Notes: generated by a model not told the origin, from the sequence alone. A DNA stretch of 32,000 nucleotides from Mucisphaera calidilacus (GCF_007748075.1 NZ_CP036280.1:1410001-1442000); one strand, 5' to 3'; counted from the first letter of the stretch, positions 1-8,908 are shown. Numbers and translations are program-made.

Positions 1-197
1 CTATCGAGCCTCTGGAAGGCACACGCCCCGAGGGCCAGATCGCTCACGATCTCATGGCGGCCGCGAGCCTTGCCCCCGCGACTCAGTACAACGCAGTCAG
101 AACCCGCGAGCAGATCGCGGGGGAGTTTGTCGAGAGCATCCATACGCCCGTTTACTTCGACAACCGCGAAACCGATCTTCAGTACGTCACCCTCTGA
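1..197 (+). CDS. 3' end of an unidentified protein-coding gene (partial; start lies upstream of the window)
   Basis: Open frame (codons phased from nt 3) runs from the window edge to TGA at 195-197. Third positions are strongly G/C-biased, as in neighbouring genes. Peptide ends ...SIHTPVYFDNRETDLQYVTL*. No family recognised. Confidence 0.4.
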   Translation, partial: IEPLEGTRPEGQIAHDLMAAASLAPATQYNAVRTREQIAGEFVESIHTPVYFDNRETDLQYVTL

Positions 198-238
198 CGC
201 AGCTGGCCGATTGCTTTAAATCCATATTCTTCAAATTA

Positions 239-267
239 TTGCATCGCCACGCGTGTTCCCGTATGCT
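239..267 (+). promoter_or_regulatory. Candidate sigma70-like promoter (TTGCAT-17 nt-TATGCT) for the 305..1027 gene
   Basis: Lies in an AT-rich intergenic stretch (198-304). -35-like TTGCAT at 239-244, 17-nt spacer, -10-like TATGCT at 262-267. AAGG lies a few nt before the GTG start at 305. Confidence 0.3.
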
Positions 268-304
268 GGCCGTAGCTGTGGGAATACCCTGAATAAGGTC
301 TGTC

Positions 305-1027
305 GTGCCAGTCACGCGTGGTTGGAGCTATCTCTGGGCTTGTCTTGCGCTGAGCGCCTGCGTCCATGACGCAGCACGTGGCGGCACCTTTTCATCCGGC
401 TCGCTTCTGCTCAGCAGCGGCGACCTCGATCCCCTCGAAGCCGTCGTCAATCAGGGGCAGCTTGAGTTCTCCAGCATCTTCACCAAGACGCTCGACAACG
501 GCGCATCGATCGAACAGCTCAACACAGCACTCACACACAACCCCTTGCCGACGATGGTTGTGATGGAAGTCCTCGAGACGCGGGGCAACCAGCGTCAGAT
601 CATCGGCGGGTACAACCCCCAGGCCTGGGGTGGGTCTGGTGACGGTTACAACTACACCTATCGATCCTCAGAGCAGACCGCTTTCCTCTTCAACATCACG
701 ACAGGAGACATCCTCCACCAACGCCACCAGGGACGACCCGCTTACTACCAGACCTACCGCTCAAGCATCATCGACCTGGCCTTCGGTGGCGGATTCGACC
801 TCAAGCTCACCCACGGACTCACCATGGGTTCAGCCCGAGAACTCTCCTACGGATCGGGGGACCTCGACGATCACAACATCCTCGCGGAAGCAGCCAACAC
901 CACCTTCCACGTCGGCACCCTCGAGATCTTCACCGTCGTCCCCTACAGCCCCTCGGTGCCCACGCCCAACGCATCGCTCGCCGGCATGTTTGCCCTTCTT
1001 ACGCTTCTGGCCCGTCGGCCGGCCTGA
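305..1027 (+). CDS. Secreted TLDc-like domain protein with PEP-CTERM-type C-terminal sorting signal
   Basis: GTG start. N-terminal signal peptide with a possible lipobox (LALSAC). Core matches the TLDc pattern (IIGGYNPQAW...TAFLFNI...DLAFGGGFDLKL...GSARELSYG...LEIFTV). C-terminus VPTPNASLAGMFALLTLLARRP is a PEP-CTERM-like motif followed by a TM helix and a basic tail. Confidence 0.75.
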   Translation: MPVTRGWSYLWACLALSACVHDAARGGTFSSGSLLLSSGDLDPLEAVVNQGQLEFSSIFTKTLDNGASIEQLNTALTHNPLPTMVVMEVLETRGNQRQIIGGYNPQAWGGSGDGYNYTYRSSEQTAFLFNITTGDILHQRHQGRPAYYQTYRSSIIDLAFGGGFDLKLTHGLTMGSARELSYGSGDLDDHNILAEAANTTFHVGTLEIFTVVPYSPSVPTPNASLAGMFALLTLLARRPA

Positions 1028-1109
1028 GCACAAGCCGCCAGCCCATCCACTAAACTCAGACCCGCAACCGGGGCGATCTCACGCGTATCCCTCACCGGAG
1101 TCCGATCCC

Positions 1110-2156
1110 ATGAACAACTGGTTCGATCGTCTGCACAACGCCCTCGAAGCCCGCGGCTGGAACCCCGTCATCCTCACCACGCCAACGGGCAGGTTACTCA
1201 TCACCGAATACAACGCGCGCCTTTTCGCCCTCGAACTCAACAACACCGGTTCCAATCTTCTCTACCACGATCCTGCCCACGAGGACCCCGACTCAGGGGC
1301 CGGACTCCTGGGCGGCGATCGGCTCTGGATTGCGCCCGAGGTCGCTTACTACTGGCCCACGCTCGAGCACGCTCGTGAAGACGCCAACAAGTATGCCGCG
1401 CCACCTCCCTCCGTCGATCCCGGGAGCTACACCACAACCGATGTCTCCGCGACACACACCGCCTACACAGCACGCGTCACCCTCACCGACTCACGCGTCG
1501 ACAAATCCATCGACTTCACGGTCAACCGTCTCTTCCGCACCGCTGAGACCCTGACCGGCCTGCCCCCCGAGGTGACCTGCATGAGCTTCGCCCTGGAAAA
1601 CCGCATCACGCTCAATGCCGGCGATCCGGGGGCCATCGCCGGTGCCTGGTCCATCTGCCAGCTCCCCGCCGGCGGAACCCTGCACTGCCCGACGATTCAT
1701 CGCCCGAATCACGTCACCAGCTACTACGAGCCTTTTCGCGACCGTGTCGAGATCACCGACCGAGGCGTCCGCTTCCGGATCGACGGCAAGGCCAAGACCA
1801 AGCTGGGGCTCACCGCCACCGACTCCAATGGACGAATGGGGTACTACCGCGAAAACGGGGCCGCCGCTACGCTCCTGCTCCGCGCCTTCCCGGTTCTTCC
1901 GGGTGAACCCTACGTTGACGTGCCCATTGACGCCGACAAGAACGCCCGCCGCGGCACCGATGTCTTCCAGGCCTACAACCACAGCGAGGGGCCCGACACG
2001 TTCGGCGAAATGGAGTACCACGACCCCGCTCTCGTCGTCGGCCAACAGCCCGAAACACGTTCGGGAACCTCGATCACCCATGCCCTCTCAGGGCCGTCGG
2101 AAAGCCTCAGAGAGATCGGACGCGATTTTCTCGGCATGCCCGTACAACGGATGTGA
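1110..2156 (+). CDS. Conserved hypothetical protein (possibly DUF4380 / aldose-epimerase-like beta-sandwich)
   Basis: ATG at 1110 is in frame with tracked ORF 630..2156 and has GGAG about 10 nt upstream. The 630-1109 extension overlaps the previous gene and encodes S/T/P low-complexity sequence. Strong C-ending codon bias. The GGDRLWIAPE motif is reminiscent of DUF4380-type proteins (weak recall). Confidence 0.7.
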   Translation: MNNWFDRLHNALEARGWNPVILTTPTGRLLITEYNARLFALELNNTGSNLLYHDPAHEDPDSGAGLLGGDRLWIAPEVAYYWPTLEHAREDANKYAAPPPSVDPGSYTTTDVSATHTAYTARVTLTDSRVDKSIDFTVNRLFRTAETLTGLPPEVTCMSFALENRITLNAGDPGAIAGAWSICQLPAGGTLHCPTIHRPNHVTSYYEPFRDRVEITDRGVRFRIDGKAKTKLGLTATDSNGRMGYYRENGAAATLLLRAFPVLPGEPYVDVPIDADKNARRGTDVFQAYNHSEGPDTFGEMEYHDPALVVGQQPETRSGTSITHALSGPSESLREIGRDFLGMPVQRM

Positions 2157-2188
2157 GAGATGCCTGATTCGGGCAGACGCGAGGCCCC

Positions 2189-2932
2189 TCAGGGGCTTGC
2201 TATCGAGAACGTTTCGCCGTTCTCAAACCGCCCCTCGCGGAGCAGGCCGTCGCGGACCAGCCCCGCAACGACCACGGGATCGAGCGTTTTGTCCGCTGGA
2301 ATCATTTTCTCGTTGAAATTCGCACGCAGCATCGGCGTCTCGATGGCACCGGGAGCTACCGAGAATGCGGTCACGTTGATTCGTTTGCCCTCGTCGGCCG
2401 TAGCCTTGGTGAACAGATTCACTCCCGCCTTGGCCGCCGCGTAGACATTGAAACCCGTGAAGGGATCCAGACTCGCCATCGACGAGACGCTCGCGATCGC
2501 GCCGCCTCCGGCCTTCTTGAAGTGAGGCCAGCAGGCTTGCGTCAGGAAGATCACGGACTTGAGGTTCACGCCCATGCAGCGCTCGTAGATCTCATCCGTG
2601 ATTTTTCCGATCGGCTGCAGCGGCGCATCGCCCGCCACATTTGCCAGGGCATCGACCTGGCCAAATCGCTCGATCACGCCAGCAATGACGCGTTCGCACG
2701 CCTCGGCGCTGCTGATGTCCTCCTCCAGCCAGGCCAGCTCCGGCTTCTCGGGCATGTCTTCGCGGATCATGGCAATGGTCTGTTGGAGCTTGGCGGCCGT
2801 ACGGCCAACCAGCACCACACGCCAGCCCGCCTCCGCCATCAGGTAGGCCACGTCGCGCCCCACGCCACTGCCCGCGCCTGTGACGACGCACACCGGCTGC
2901 CCGTTCGGCGGCCATTTCGCTGTATCACCCAT
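2189..2932 (-). CDS. SDR-family short-chain dehydrogenase/reductase
   Basis: N-terminal Rossmann motif VVTGAGSGVGRDVA. Catalytic YAAAKAG (YxxxK). AAGGAAA SD about 7 nt upstream of the ATG. Lies 26 nt downstream of the mqn-like gene. Confidence 0.9.
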   Translation of the reverse strand: MGDTAKWPPNGQPVCVVTGAGSGVGRDVAYLMAEAGWRVVLVGRTAAKLQQTIAMIREDMPEKPELAWLEEDISSAEACERVIAGVIERFGQVDALANVAGDAPLQPIGKITDEIYERCMGVNLKSVIFLTQACWPHFKKAGGGAIASVSSMASLDPFTGFNVYAAAKAGVNLFTKATADEGKRINVTAFSVAPGAIETPMLRANFNEKMIPADKTLDPVVVAGLVRDGLLREGRFENGETFSIASP

Positions 2933-2958
2933 GAGTCATTTCCTTATACGACGAGCGG

Positions 2959-4098
2959 TCATACCGCCGTCTCCAATGCCACGGACCACGATGCGCCATC
3001 GCGTTGAACAGGACGATAGACGGTGTCACGCTCCACGGGCTCGTAACCAGCCTCGATAATCGCATCTCTCAGGTCACGCACCGATCGCTCCTGATGCAGA
3101 CCCGAGCCGCCCACGCGTGTGATGTCGTACCAGACCACGGTGCCATCGACGTCGTTGACGCCGCTGTCGAGCGTCACTTGAGCCAGTTCGAGCGTCTGCA
3201 TGATCCAGAAGCACTTGATGTGCTCGATGTTATCGAGCATCAGCCGCGCCACCGCCAGCATCCTCAGGTCCTCAAGGCCCGTCGGTCCCGCCAGATGCTC
3301 GAGTTCGGAATCATCGGGAATAAACGGCAGCGGGATCACGGTCTGAAACCTGCCTGCGTAGCCACGCTCGATGGCCTCGTCCTGCGCTTCACGGAGCAGG
3401 CATAGGTGGTGCACCCGGTCGGCGAGCGTCTCGACGTGCCCGTAGAGGATGGTGGCGTTGCTCATCAGGCCGACCTCGTGTGCGGCTCGATGCACCTCCA
3501 GCCACTGATCGGATCGGATCTTTCCCTTGAAAGCTTCATCATGAACCCGGTCGTCGAAAACCTCGGCGCCGCCACCCGGCAATGAGCCCAGCCCTGCTTC
3601 ACGCAGGTCGTTTAGCACGCCCACCAGGTCTTTGGGGCGTTTGGCGATCCGGGATAAATGGACGATTTCAACCGCGGTGAACGCCTTGACGTGGATCTGC
3701 GGAGCCGCCTGCTTGATCGCACGCAGGACATCGGTGTAATACGAGAAGGGGAGGTAAGGGTGCAGGCCTCCGACCATGTGGATCTCGGTCGCACCGGCCT
3801 CGGCCGCCTTGCGTGCCTCCGCCGCGATTTCCTCGACCGAGAAGGCGTACGCTCCCTCGTCACCCTGCTTGCGGTGGAAAGCACAAAACTTGCAGGAGAG
3901 GGCACAGATGTTGGAGTAGTTGATGTGCCGATTGATGTTGTAGTACGTCACGCGGCCGTGCAAACGATGCCGGACCTCGTTGGCGAGTTGGCAGACGGTC
4001 CAGACGTCCAGGTGCTCAAGCAGGGACAGGCCATCTTCACGGCTCAGACGCTCGGATGCCCGTACTTTCTCCGCGATTGGCTGCAGTATCGTGTCCAT
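2959..4098 (-). CDS. mqnE: Radical SAM enzyme of the futalosine menaquinone pathway (MqnE/MqnC family, probably aminofutalosine synthase)
   Basis: CxxxCxxC cluster motif in YYNINRHINYSNICALSCKFCAF. CofH/Mqn-like GGLHP and later motifs. I chose the internal ATG at 4098 (MDTILQPIAEKV...) rather than 4161, because the upstream part overlaps acpS. TATTAT lies 6 nt upstream. The MqnE versus MqnC call is from memory only. Confidence 0.8.
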   Translation of the reverse strand: MDTILQPIAEKVRASERLSREDGLSLLEHLDVWTVCQLANEVRHRLHGRVTYYNINRHINYSNICALSCKFCAFHRKQGDEGAYAFSVEEIAAEARKAAEAGATEIHMVGGLHPYLPFSYYTDVLRAIKQAAPQIHVKAFTAVEIVHLSRIAKRPKDLVGVLNDLREAGLGSLPGGGAEVFDDRVHDEAFKGKIRSDQWLEVHRAAHEVGLMSNATILYGHVETLADRVHHLCLLREAQDEAIERGYAGRFQTVIPLPFIPDDSELEHLAGPTGLEDLRMLAVARLMLDNIEHIKCFWIMQTLELAQVTLDSGVNDVDGTVVWYDITRVGGSGLHQERSVRDLRDAIIEAGYEPVERDTVYRPVQRDGASWSVALETAV

Positions 4099-4103
4099 CG
4101 CGA

Positions 4104-4110
4104 CATAATA
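4104..4110. promoter_or_regulatory. Shared AT-rich -10-like box (ATAATA / TATTAT) between the divergent mqnE-like and acpS starts
   Basis: Only 20 bp separate ATG 4098 (-) from ATG 4119 (+). TATTAT sits 6 nt before the minus-strand ATG. ATAATA/CATAAT sits 8-9 nt before the plus-strand ATG. Confidence 0.4.
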
Positions 4111-4118
4111 GGGGCAGC

Positions 4119-4577
4119 ATGACCTCAGGGCAGAGACCGGAACAACCAGCCGAGCCAGCAACGATCGACACGCCGGGCGTCATCGCCCATGGCGTGGATA
4201 TCACCGAGGTATCCCGGATCCGATCGCTGATTGAAGAACACGGCGACAGATTCCTGAACCGCTGTTTTACCGCCGAGGAAGCGGCTTACGGTAAGGACTC
4301 AAGACGCTACGCCGAGCACCTTGCCGCCCGCTACGCCGCGAAAGAGGCGGTACTCAAGGCATTGGGCACGGGGCTGGCCGATGGCATTGCCTGGACCGAC
4401 ATCGAGGTGACGCGGGCAGCCACCGGGCAGCCGGGTGTGATACTTCGGGGAAGGGCGGCCCAGATCGCTCAGCAGCTGGGGATCGGCCGATGGTCCATCT
4501 CGCTGACCCACACCGAGTCGCTTGCCATGGCGTCTGCGATCGCCATCAGGACGGACGCCGTACCGCAAAGAGGCTGA
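4119..4577 (+). CDS. acpS: Holo-[acyl-carrier-protein] synthase (4'-phosphopantetheinyl transferase)
   Basis: AcpS pattern GVDITEVSRI...FTAEE...AARYAAKEAVLKALGTG...WTDIEV...GQP...ISLTHTESLAMA. ATG at 4119 chosen; the tracked 4056 start would overlap the divergent mqn gene. Confidence 0.88.
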   Translation: MTSGQRPEQPAEPATIDTPGVIAHGVDITEVSRIRSLIEEHGDRFLNRCFTAEEAAYGKDSRRYAEHLAARYAAKEAVLKALGTGLADGIAWTDIEVTRAATGQPGVILRGRAAQIAQQLGIGRWSISLTHTESLAMASAIAIRTDAVPQRG

Positions 4578-5154
4578 CGATCGCAATCCCGCAGGCAAGT
4601 GAACCGGGCACGGGGGCGATCAGCAGGCCCTCGGGCTGGAGCGTGACACGGACGTCGTCCAGCACCATGCCGTAGCCGCTGGTGTCGGAAAGATCCTCGA
4701 ATCGCAGCAGGGTCAGCACGCTGGCCGCGCGGAGGTTCAGGAAGGTGTAGCGTTCAAAGCGTGCCTCACGGGGCGCCTCCTCACCAAGCTGGTTCCACGT
4801 GAAGATGCCCAGGTCGGCCGTGCCCCAGGTGACCTGCACACGGCGTGTGACCTCTCGATGCTCGTAGATGTTCGCGGAGAGGGCGAACGAGAGCGTGTAG
4901 TGAGCGTCCGGCTCGGTGATCAACACCTGCTCGATCCAACCCGATTCGCGCTTGGCCAGATCCACGCTCTGGTAACCGTCGGCCGAGTCGATGTAGGGCC
5001 CCATCCGCTCGACGTCCTTGCTGACCCAGCCGGTGAAGCGGTCGAAACGCGGGCTCAACTCAAAGCTCGGGTTCTCGACGATGTTGCCCCTTGTCGGCGC
5101 AGCAAACAGCACCGCGTAGATCAGGGTCATCAGGCACAGAACGGGCGCTCGCAT
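4546..5154 (-). CDS. Secreted DUF642 / choice-of-anchor-C-like protein with PEP-CTERM-type anchor
   Basis: Signal peptide MRAPVLCLMTLIYAVLFAAP begins at ATG 5154. NIVENPSFE...FTGW start is typical of DUF642. C-terminal APVPGSLACGIAIVSLFAVRR sorting signal. The upstream TTG-5283 extension has A/T-ending codons and was rejected. Confidence 0.75.
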   Translation of the reverse strand: MRAPVLCLMTLIYAVLFAAPTRGNIVENPSFELSPRFDRFTGWVSKDVERMGPYIDSADGYQSVDLAKRESGWIEQVLITEPDAHYTLSFALSANIYEHREVTRRVQVTWGTADLGIFTWNQLGEEAPREARFERYTFLNLRAASVLTLLRFEDLSDTSGYGMVLDDVRVTLQPEGLLIAPVPGSLACGIAIVSLFAVRRPS

Positions 5155-5318
5155 GCGGCACTCACAGGCGGTCAATAACGGCCGGTTTTGAGTGATATCG
5201 GCCAGAATGTGCCCCAAACGGCTCGAAAGCTGCCCATAAACCCATGAATCAGGTCGAACCTGAAGAACAAGCTCCTGCCCCAAATTGCGGAAGCCGCCTA
5301 GTTTAACGCTTACGCCCC

Positions 5319-6482
5319 TCAGGAGCCGTGATCCGCCAGGCTTGTCAGCACCTTGAGACCTGCCTCGAGCTGCTCCTCCGCGACGGCATAGCTGAGTCGA
5401 AAGTGTGTGTCCCGCTGCGAGAAAACCGAACCGGGGATGATCAGCACGCCTCGCTCAACGGCACGTTCTGCGAAGGTGGTTCCGGTGATGCCCAGGTGTT
5501 CAGGAACGCTCACAAAGGCGTAGAAAGCCCCGTCGGGGCGTGTTATCTCGAATCCCGCTCCGCCGAGCGTTTCGACCACCTGATCGCGTCGCTGTGCATA
5601 TTCATGGACGTAGCCGTCAATATCGAGATCGAGCGCGGTCAAGCCCGCCACCTGCGTCATGGAGGGGGCGCACACGAAGGAGTACTGCTGGAGCTTGGTC
5701 ATCTGTTCGACGAGAGGCCGCGGCCCGATGGCGTAGCCCAGACGCCAGCCCGTCATGGCGTAGGTCTTGGAGAAGCCGCGGAGAAGAATGACGCGGTCGG
5801 TGTGGCTGGCGACCGAGGGGCACGGACCGTCGTAGCAGAAGCGATCGTAGATCTCGTCGGAGGCGAGCAGAAGCCTCTTGTCTTCAGCGAGGCTTGCCAG
5901 TTCACGAGCGTTCGTGTCGGTCAGCACGACACCGGTGGGGTTGGACGGCGAGCTGAAGAGCAGGAGCTTGGTGCGGGGTGTGATCGCCCGCTCGACGCGC
6001 TCAGCCGTGAGCTGGAAGTCGGGATAGGTGTCGACATAGACGGGGTTGCCGCCCGCGAGGGTGACCAGGTGGCGGTACATGACGAAATACGGGTCCGGCA
6101 TGAGCACATCGTCACCCGGCTCGCAGCACGCAAGCAGCAGGAGCATCAGCCCGCCAGAAACACCCGAGGTGATCAGCGTGCTGGTTTCATCCTTGAGCGA
6201 TCCCCTCCCGTTGCCAAGCGTGTCTGGAAACTGCTTCGCGGCTCGGTCGCTCACTTGGGCGATGAGGTCGGCGATCCCCTGCGTCTGGGTGTACTTGTTG
6301 AACCCCTCGCGAATGGCACTGGCGGCGGCGTCCTTGACGGCGTCGGGGACGTCGAAATGCGGCTGGCCGATCGACAGATTGATAGGGTTCTCGAGCTTGG
6401 CGGCGAGGTCGAAGACCCGCCTTATGCCCGAGGCGTCGATCTTGTGGACTCGTGAGGCGAGGACCTGCTCAACATCGAACAC
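5319..6482 (-). CDS. Pyridoxal-phosphate-dependent aminotransferase, class I/II (aspartate/aromatic-type)
   Basis: SSPSNPTGVV motif and PLP-lysine motif GFSKTYAMTGWRLGY. GTG start with AGAGGA SD about 8 nt upstream. Confidence 0.9.
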   Translation of the reverse strand: MFDVEQVLASRVHKIDASGIRRVFDLAAKLENPINLSIGQPHFDVPDAVKDAAASAIREGFNKYTQTQGIADLIAQVSDRAAKQFPDTLGNGRGSLKDETSTLITSGVSGGLMLLLLACCEPGDDVLMPDPYFVMYRHLVTLAGGNPVYVDTYPDFQLTAERVERAITPRTKLLLFSSPSNPTGVVLTDTNARELASLAEDKRLLLASDEIYDRFCYDGPCPSVASHTDRVILLRGFSKTYAMTGWRLGYAIGPRPLVEQMTKLQQYSFVCAPSMTQVAGLTALDLDIDGYVHEYAQRRDQVVETLGGAGFEITRPDGAFYAFVSVPEHLGITGTTFAERAVERGVLIIPGSVFSQRDTHFRLSYAVAEEQLEAGLKVLTSLADHGS

Positions 6483-6519
6483 GCTGCTGATCCTCTATGG
6501 CGAGGTGCTGAGACGGTGC

Positions 6520-6732
6520 TTACTTCTCTTCGGCCTCGTCCGTCTTCTTCTTCTTGCTGCTCTTGCCCGTGACAAGCTTGCGGTTGGCCAGCTTGGGCAG
6601 GCCGACGGGGTTGTCCTTCTCCATATCGAACTTGCCGGCAGCGGCCATCTTGGCGACGCGTTCGGCACGCGTGAGGACGTTGCGGTGGCGGGACAGGCCC
6701 GAGGCGGAGCGGAGGCTGCGGTCAAGGCTCAT
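6520..6732 (-). CDS. Small basic protein (PVC-type SBP family)
   Basis: 70 aa. MSLDRSLRSASGLSRHRNVLTRAERVAKM...GLPKLANRK plus a lysine-rich tail. Matches my recollection of the small basic protein family of Planctomycetes/Verrucomicrobia. GGAG lies 8 nt upstream of ATG 6732. Confidence 0.65.
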   Translation of the reverse strand: MSLDRSLRSASGLSRHRNVLTRAERVAKMAAAGKFDMEKDNPVGLPKLANRKLVTGKSSKKKKTDEAEEK

Positions 6733-6780
6733 GGTCGGTCTCCGAAAATGGCCCAAGGGCCTTGTTCGTGGCGGCCCGTG

Positions 6781-7524
6781 TCAGGGCCCGTGTCGGTAGA
6801 AATACATGTCCTGGAGGGCGTCACTGCCACGCCGTCCGTTGTGAGCGTGCCAGGCACGCCCGATCTCCAGCATCGTTCGTCGGTAAGTCTCGTGGATGCC
6901 CTGTTCGAAGGCGTCACGCGTAAAACCAACGTTCACGGCGATTACCTGGAATCGAGCATTATTAACCGGATCGAGAACAGTTGCAACCCCTTGCCCGGCA
7001 AGGAAATCGGCAAGACGGTCTGCTTCGTCGGCGGGATAAGTGGCGAGGATCAGGTAATTGAGGCCGTCCCGGCGAGGGTCGGCGTCCGAGCCGGGGCGAT
7101 GTGGCCCGAGGGGGGTGGTCTCGAGGTTGATGGGCACAACCCCCGCTGAGTCGAGGTCGGCACCGATGAAGGCCGGCGGCGTCTCGATCTGCAGCGGGCC
7201 GGGTGGCGACGGTGTAACCGCGTTTTGCTCCCCCCGGACGCTTGCTCCGGATCCGCGCTGATAACCCACCCAGTAGGCCAGGACCAGCAACAGCAGAAGC
7301 AGGGCCACAGCGCCGGCGGCGAAGCCTTTGGGGATGCGCAGGACCAGCGGCTCGCCAGGCGCCAACAGATCGCCCGGCTCCTCAACAGGGATCGGATCCG
7401 GCTGCGGAGGGGGCTTGGCAGAGGACTGGGCAGAAGGCGGGGTGGGCAGGTCGGACCGTTCGGACTCGCTGCCCGCCGTCGCCTTGCCCATCACCTCAAA
7501 GGGGGTATTGCGTCTTGCGGTCAT
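6781..7524 (-). CDS. Single-pass membrane protein with proline-rich N-terminus and possible SPOR-like C-terminal domain
   Basis: One TM helix ([20 protein letters not shown]). C-terminal [29 protein letters not shown]...[12 protein letters not shown] resembles a SPOR beta-alpha-beta-beta repeat. The start ATG overlaps the phoD stop (ATGA at 7521-7524). Confidence 0.65.
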   Translation of the reverse strand: MTARRNTPFEVMGKATAGSESERSDLPTPPSAQSSAKPPPQPDPIPVEEPGDLLAPGEPLVLRIPKGFAAGAVALLLLLLVLAYWVGYQRGSGASVRGEQNAVTPSPPGPLQIETPPAFIGADLDSAGVVPINLETTPLGPHRPGSDADPRRDGLNYLILATYPADEADRLADFLAGQGVATVLDPVNNARFQVIAVNVGFTRDAFEQGIHETYRRTMLEIGRAWHAHNGRRGSDALQDMYFYRHGP

Positions 7525-8879
7525 GGGTCTGAAGGGGGCTGATGGTGTGGCTCGTGCTGCCTGGTGTTGTCCCCGGTCTCTGGGAAGGTCAGCCCGCGCG
7601 TGTTGATGGTGTGGTCGAGTCGGTTGCGCTGCTGCTCGTCGATCAGTCGCAGGCGAACAATCGGGTCTTCCTGCGCCCAGTCGATGTTGATCATGCCCAG
7701 GTGATTGACCGTCACGGGCTTGCCGATGCGGTGATGGTTGCGCTCGTCAATCTCGCGTCTGACAGCCTGATTCAGACCCGATGCGGTCAGGTCAAGGGCG
7801 GGATAGTCGCCGAGGCTGTGGCAGACGGAGAGCTCGCCATGATGCCGATCACCCGAGAGAAAGATGACCCTTTCAGCGCGGGCCTCACGGATGGTCTCGA
7901 AGAGCTTCTCGCGTTGCCATGGCAGCTCGGCCCATCGCTCCCATCCGTGTTCCTCGGCGACGACCTGGATCGACGAAACGATGATGCGAAGCTCGGCCGG
8001 CTTACGCAGCTGCTCGGCCAGCCATTCCCACTGCTCGTCCCCCAGCATCGTGGCGTCGGGATCGTCCTTCTCGGCATAGCGTCCGAAGCGGCGCATGTTG
8101 GCGGGTAGCAACTCCAGGTCATCGCGGTGATAACGCGTGTCGAGAAGGATGATCTGCGTCCGTTGTCCGACAGGGCCGGCAATGACGCTGTGGTAGACGC
8201 CCTCGCGTTCGCGACGCGCAGAGTCGGCGGGCACGCCCCAGAAGTCGAGGAAGACCTGCTGAGATTCGGCGCGGGCAGCGTAGTGCTTGCCGCCGTCGTT
8301 GACGCCGTAGTCGTGATCATCCCATGTGGCGAGGATCGGGGTGGCCGCCTTGAGTTTGCGGAAGCCCGGGCGTGCGGCGAGTTCTGAGTACGCGGCTCGC
8401 ATGGCGTTCATGTCTTCGGTATCGGCATAGACATTGTCGCCGGCGAAGATGAAGAGTTGTGGCTCCTGTGCGAGGACGGCATCCCAGATGGGCTGGGGGC
8501 GGTCTTCGCGTGCGCAGGAGCCGAAGGCGATCCGTGTAAGCGGGCGATCGGACGGAAGCTCGCGGTAGCCGCCTATAGCGTGGTCATCCGGATCGATCTC
8601 CCCCATGGGGTTCGAAGGGGATTGCTGCGGCGTGGGTGAAGTGGCTTCTGGTTCCGGTGTCGGCTCTGCGGGCGATTCCACGACCGGAACAGGTGTCGAG
8701 GAGGCTTCCGGCTGCTCGGCGGTTTCAGACGCCTGCTCCGGCTCCTGCGGGGGACCCGGTGTGACCGTTTCATCGACCACCGCCGGCGGCGACTCGGGAG
8801 TGGTCTCAGCGCCGGGCATGCCCGAGCACCCCGTGAGGGCGAGTGTCAGTATGAAGATGAGCGTGACTGCTGAGCGCAT
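7521..8879 (-). CDS. phoD: PhoD-family alkaline phosphatase / metallophosphoesterase lipoprotein
   Basis: Lipobox LALTGC after [15 protein letters not shown]-rich linker follows. PhoD-like motifs FGSCA..., [33 protein letters not shown] 8879 has GGAG 8 nt upstream. Confidence 0.85.
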   Translation of the reverse strand: MRSAVTLIFILTLALTGCSGMPGAETTPESPPAVVDETVTPGPPQEPEQASETAEQPEASSTPVPVVESPAEPTPEPEATSPTPQQSPSNPMGEIDPDDHAIGGYRELPSDRPLTRIAFGSCAREDRPQPIWDAVLAQEPQLFIFAGDNVYADTEDMNAMRAAYSELAARPGFRKLKAATPILATWDDHDYGVNDGGKHYAARAESQQVFLDFWGVPADSARREREGVYHSVIAGPVGQRTQIILLDTRYHRDDLELLPANMRRFGRYAEKDDPDATMLGDEQWEWLAEQLRKPAELRIIVSSIQVVAEEHGWERWAELPWQREKLFETIREARAERVIFLSGDRHHGELSVCHSLGDYPALDLTASGLNQAVRREIDERNHHRIGKPVTVNHLGMINIDWAQEDPIVRLRLIDEQQRNRLDHTINTRGLTFPETGDNTRQHEPHHQPPSDP

Positions 8880-8908
8880 GTAACGTCTCCGAAGATGGTG
8901 TGCTCCGG

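Noticed and set aside
630-1109. N-terminal 160-codon extension of tracked ORF 630..2156
   Set aside because: It overlaps the well-supported 305..1027 gene in another frame and encodes S/T/P-rich low-complexity sequence. A good ATG with a GGAG SD exists at 1110, where homology-like sequence begins.
2184-2196. Small hairpin GCCCC-TCA-GGGGC between convergent genes, considered as a bidirectional terminator
   Set aside because: It has only a 5-bp stem and a 3-nt loop, overlaps the SDR stop codon, and has no T- or A-tracts on either side.
5155-5283. TTG-initiated 43-codon extension of the DUF642/PEP-CTERM gene
   Set aside because: Its third codon positions are largely A/T, unlike real genes here. 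The signal peptide begins at the internal ATG 5154.
5328-6455. 375-aa ORF on the plus strand
   Set aside because: It is entirely antisense to the aminotransferase gene, which has clear PLP-enzyme motifs. Its Arg/Gly/Ala/Val-rich composition is typical of shadow ORFs in GC-rich DNA.
6046-7149. 367-aa ORF on the plus strand spanning several minus-strand genes
   Set aside because: It runs antisense across the aminotransferase, the small basic protein and the SPOR-like gene, including their intergenic regions. It has no motifs and low-complexity composition, so it is a shadow ORF.
8603-8819. Repetitive-looking P/E/T/S-rich stretch, considered as a tandem repeat or array
   Set aside because: It is in frame within phoD and encodes a low-complexity linker between the lipobox and the catalytic domain. 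There is no regular repeat unit or spacer structure.
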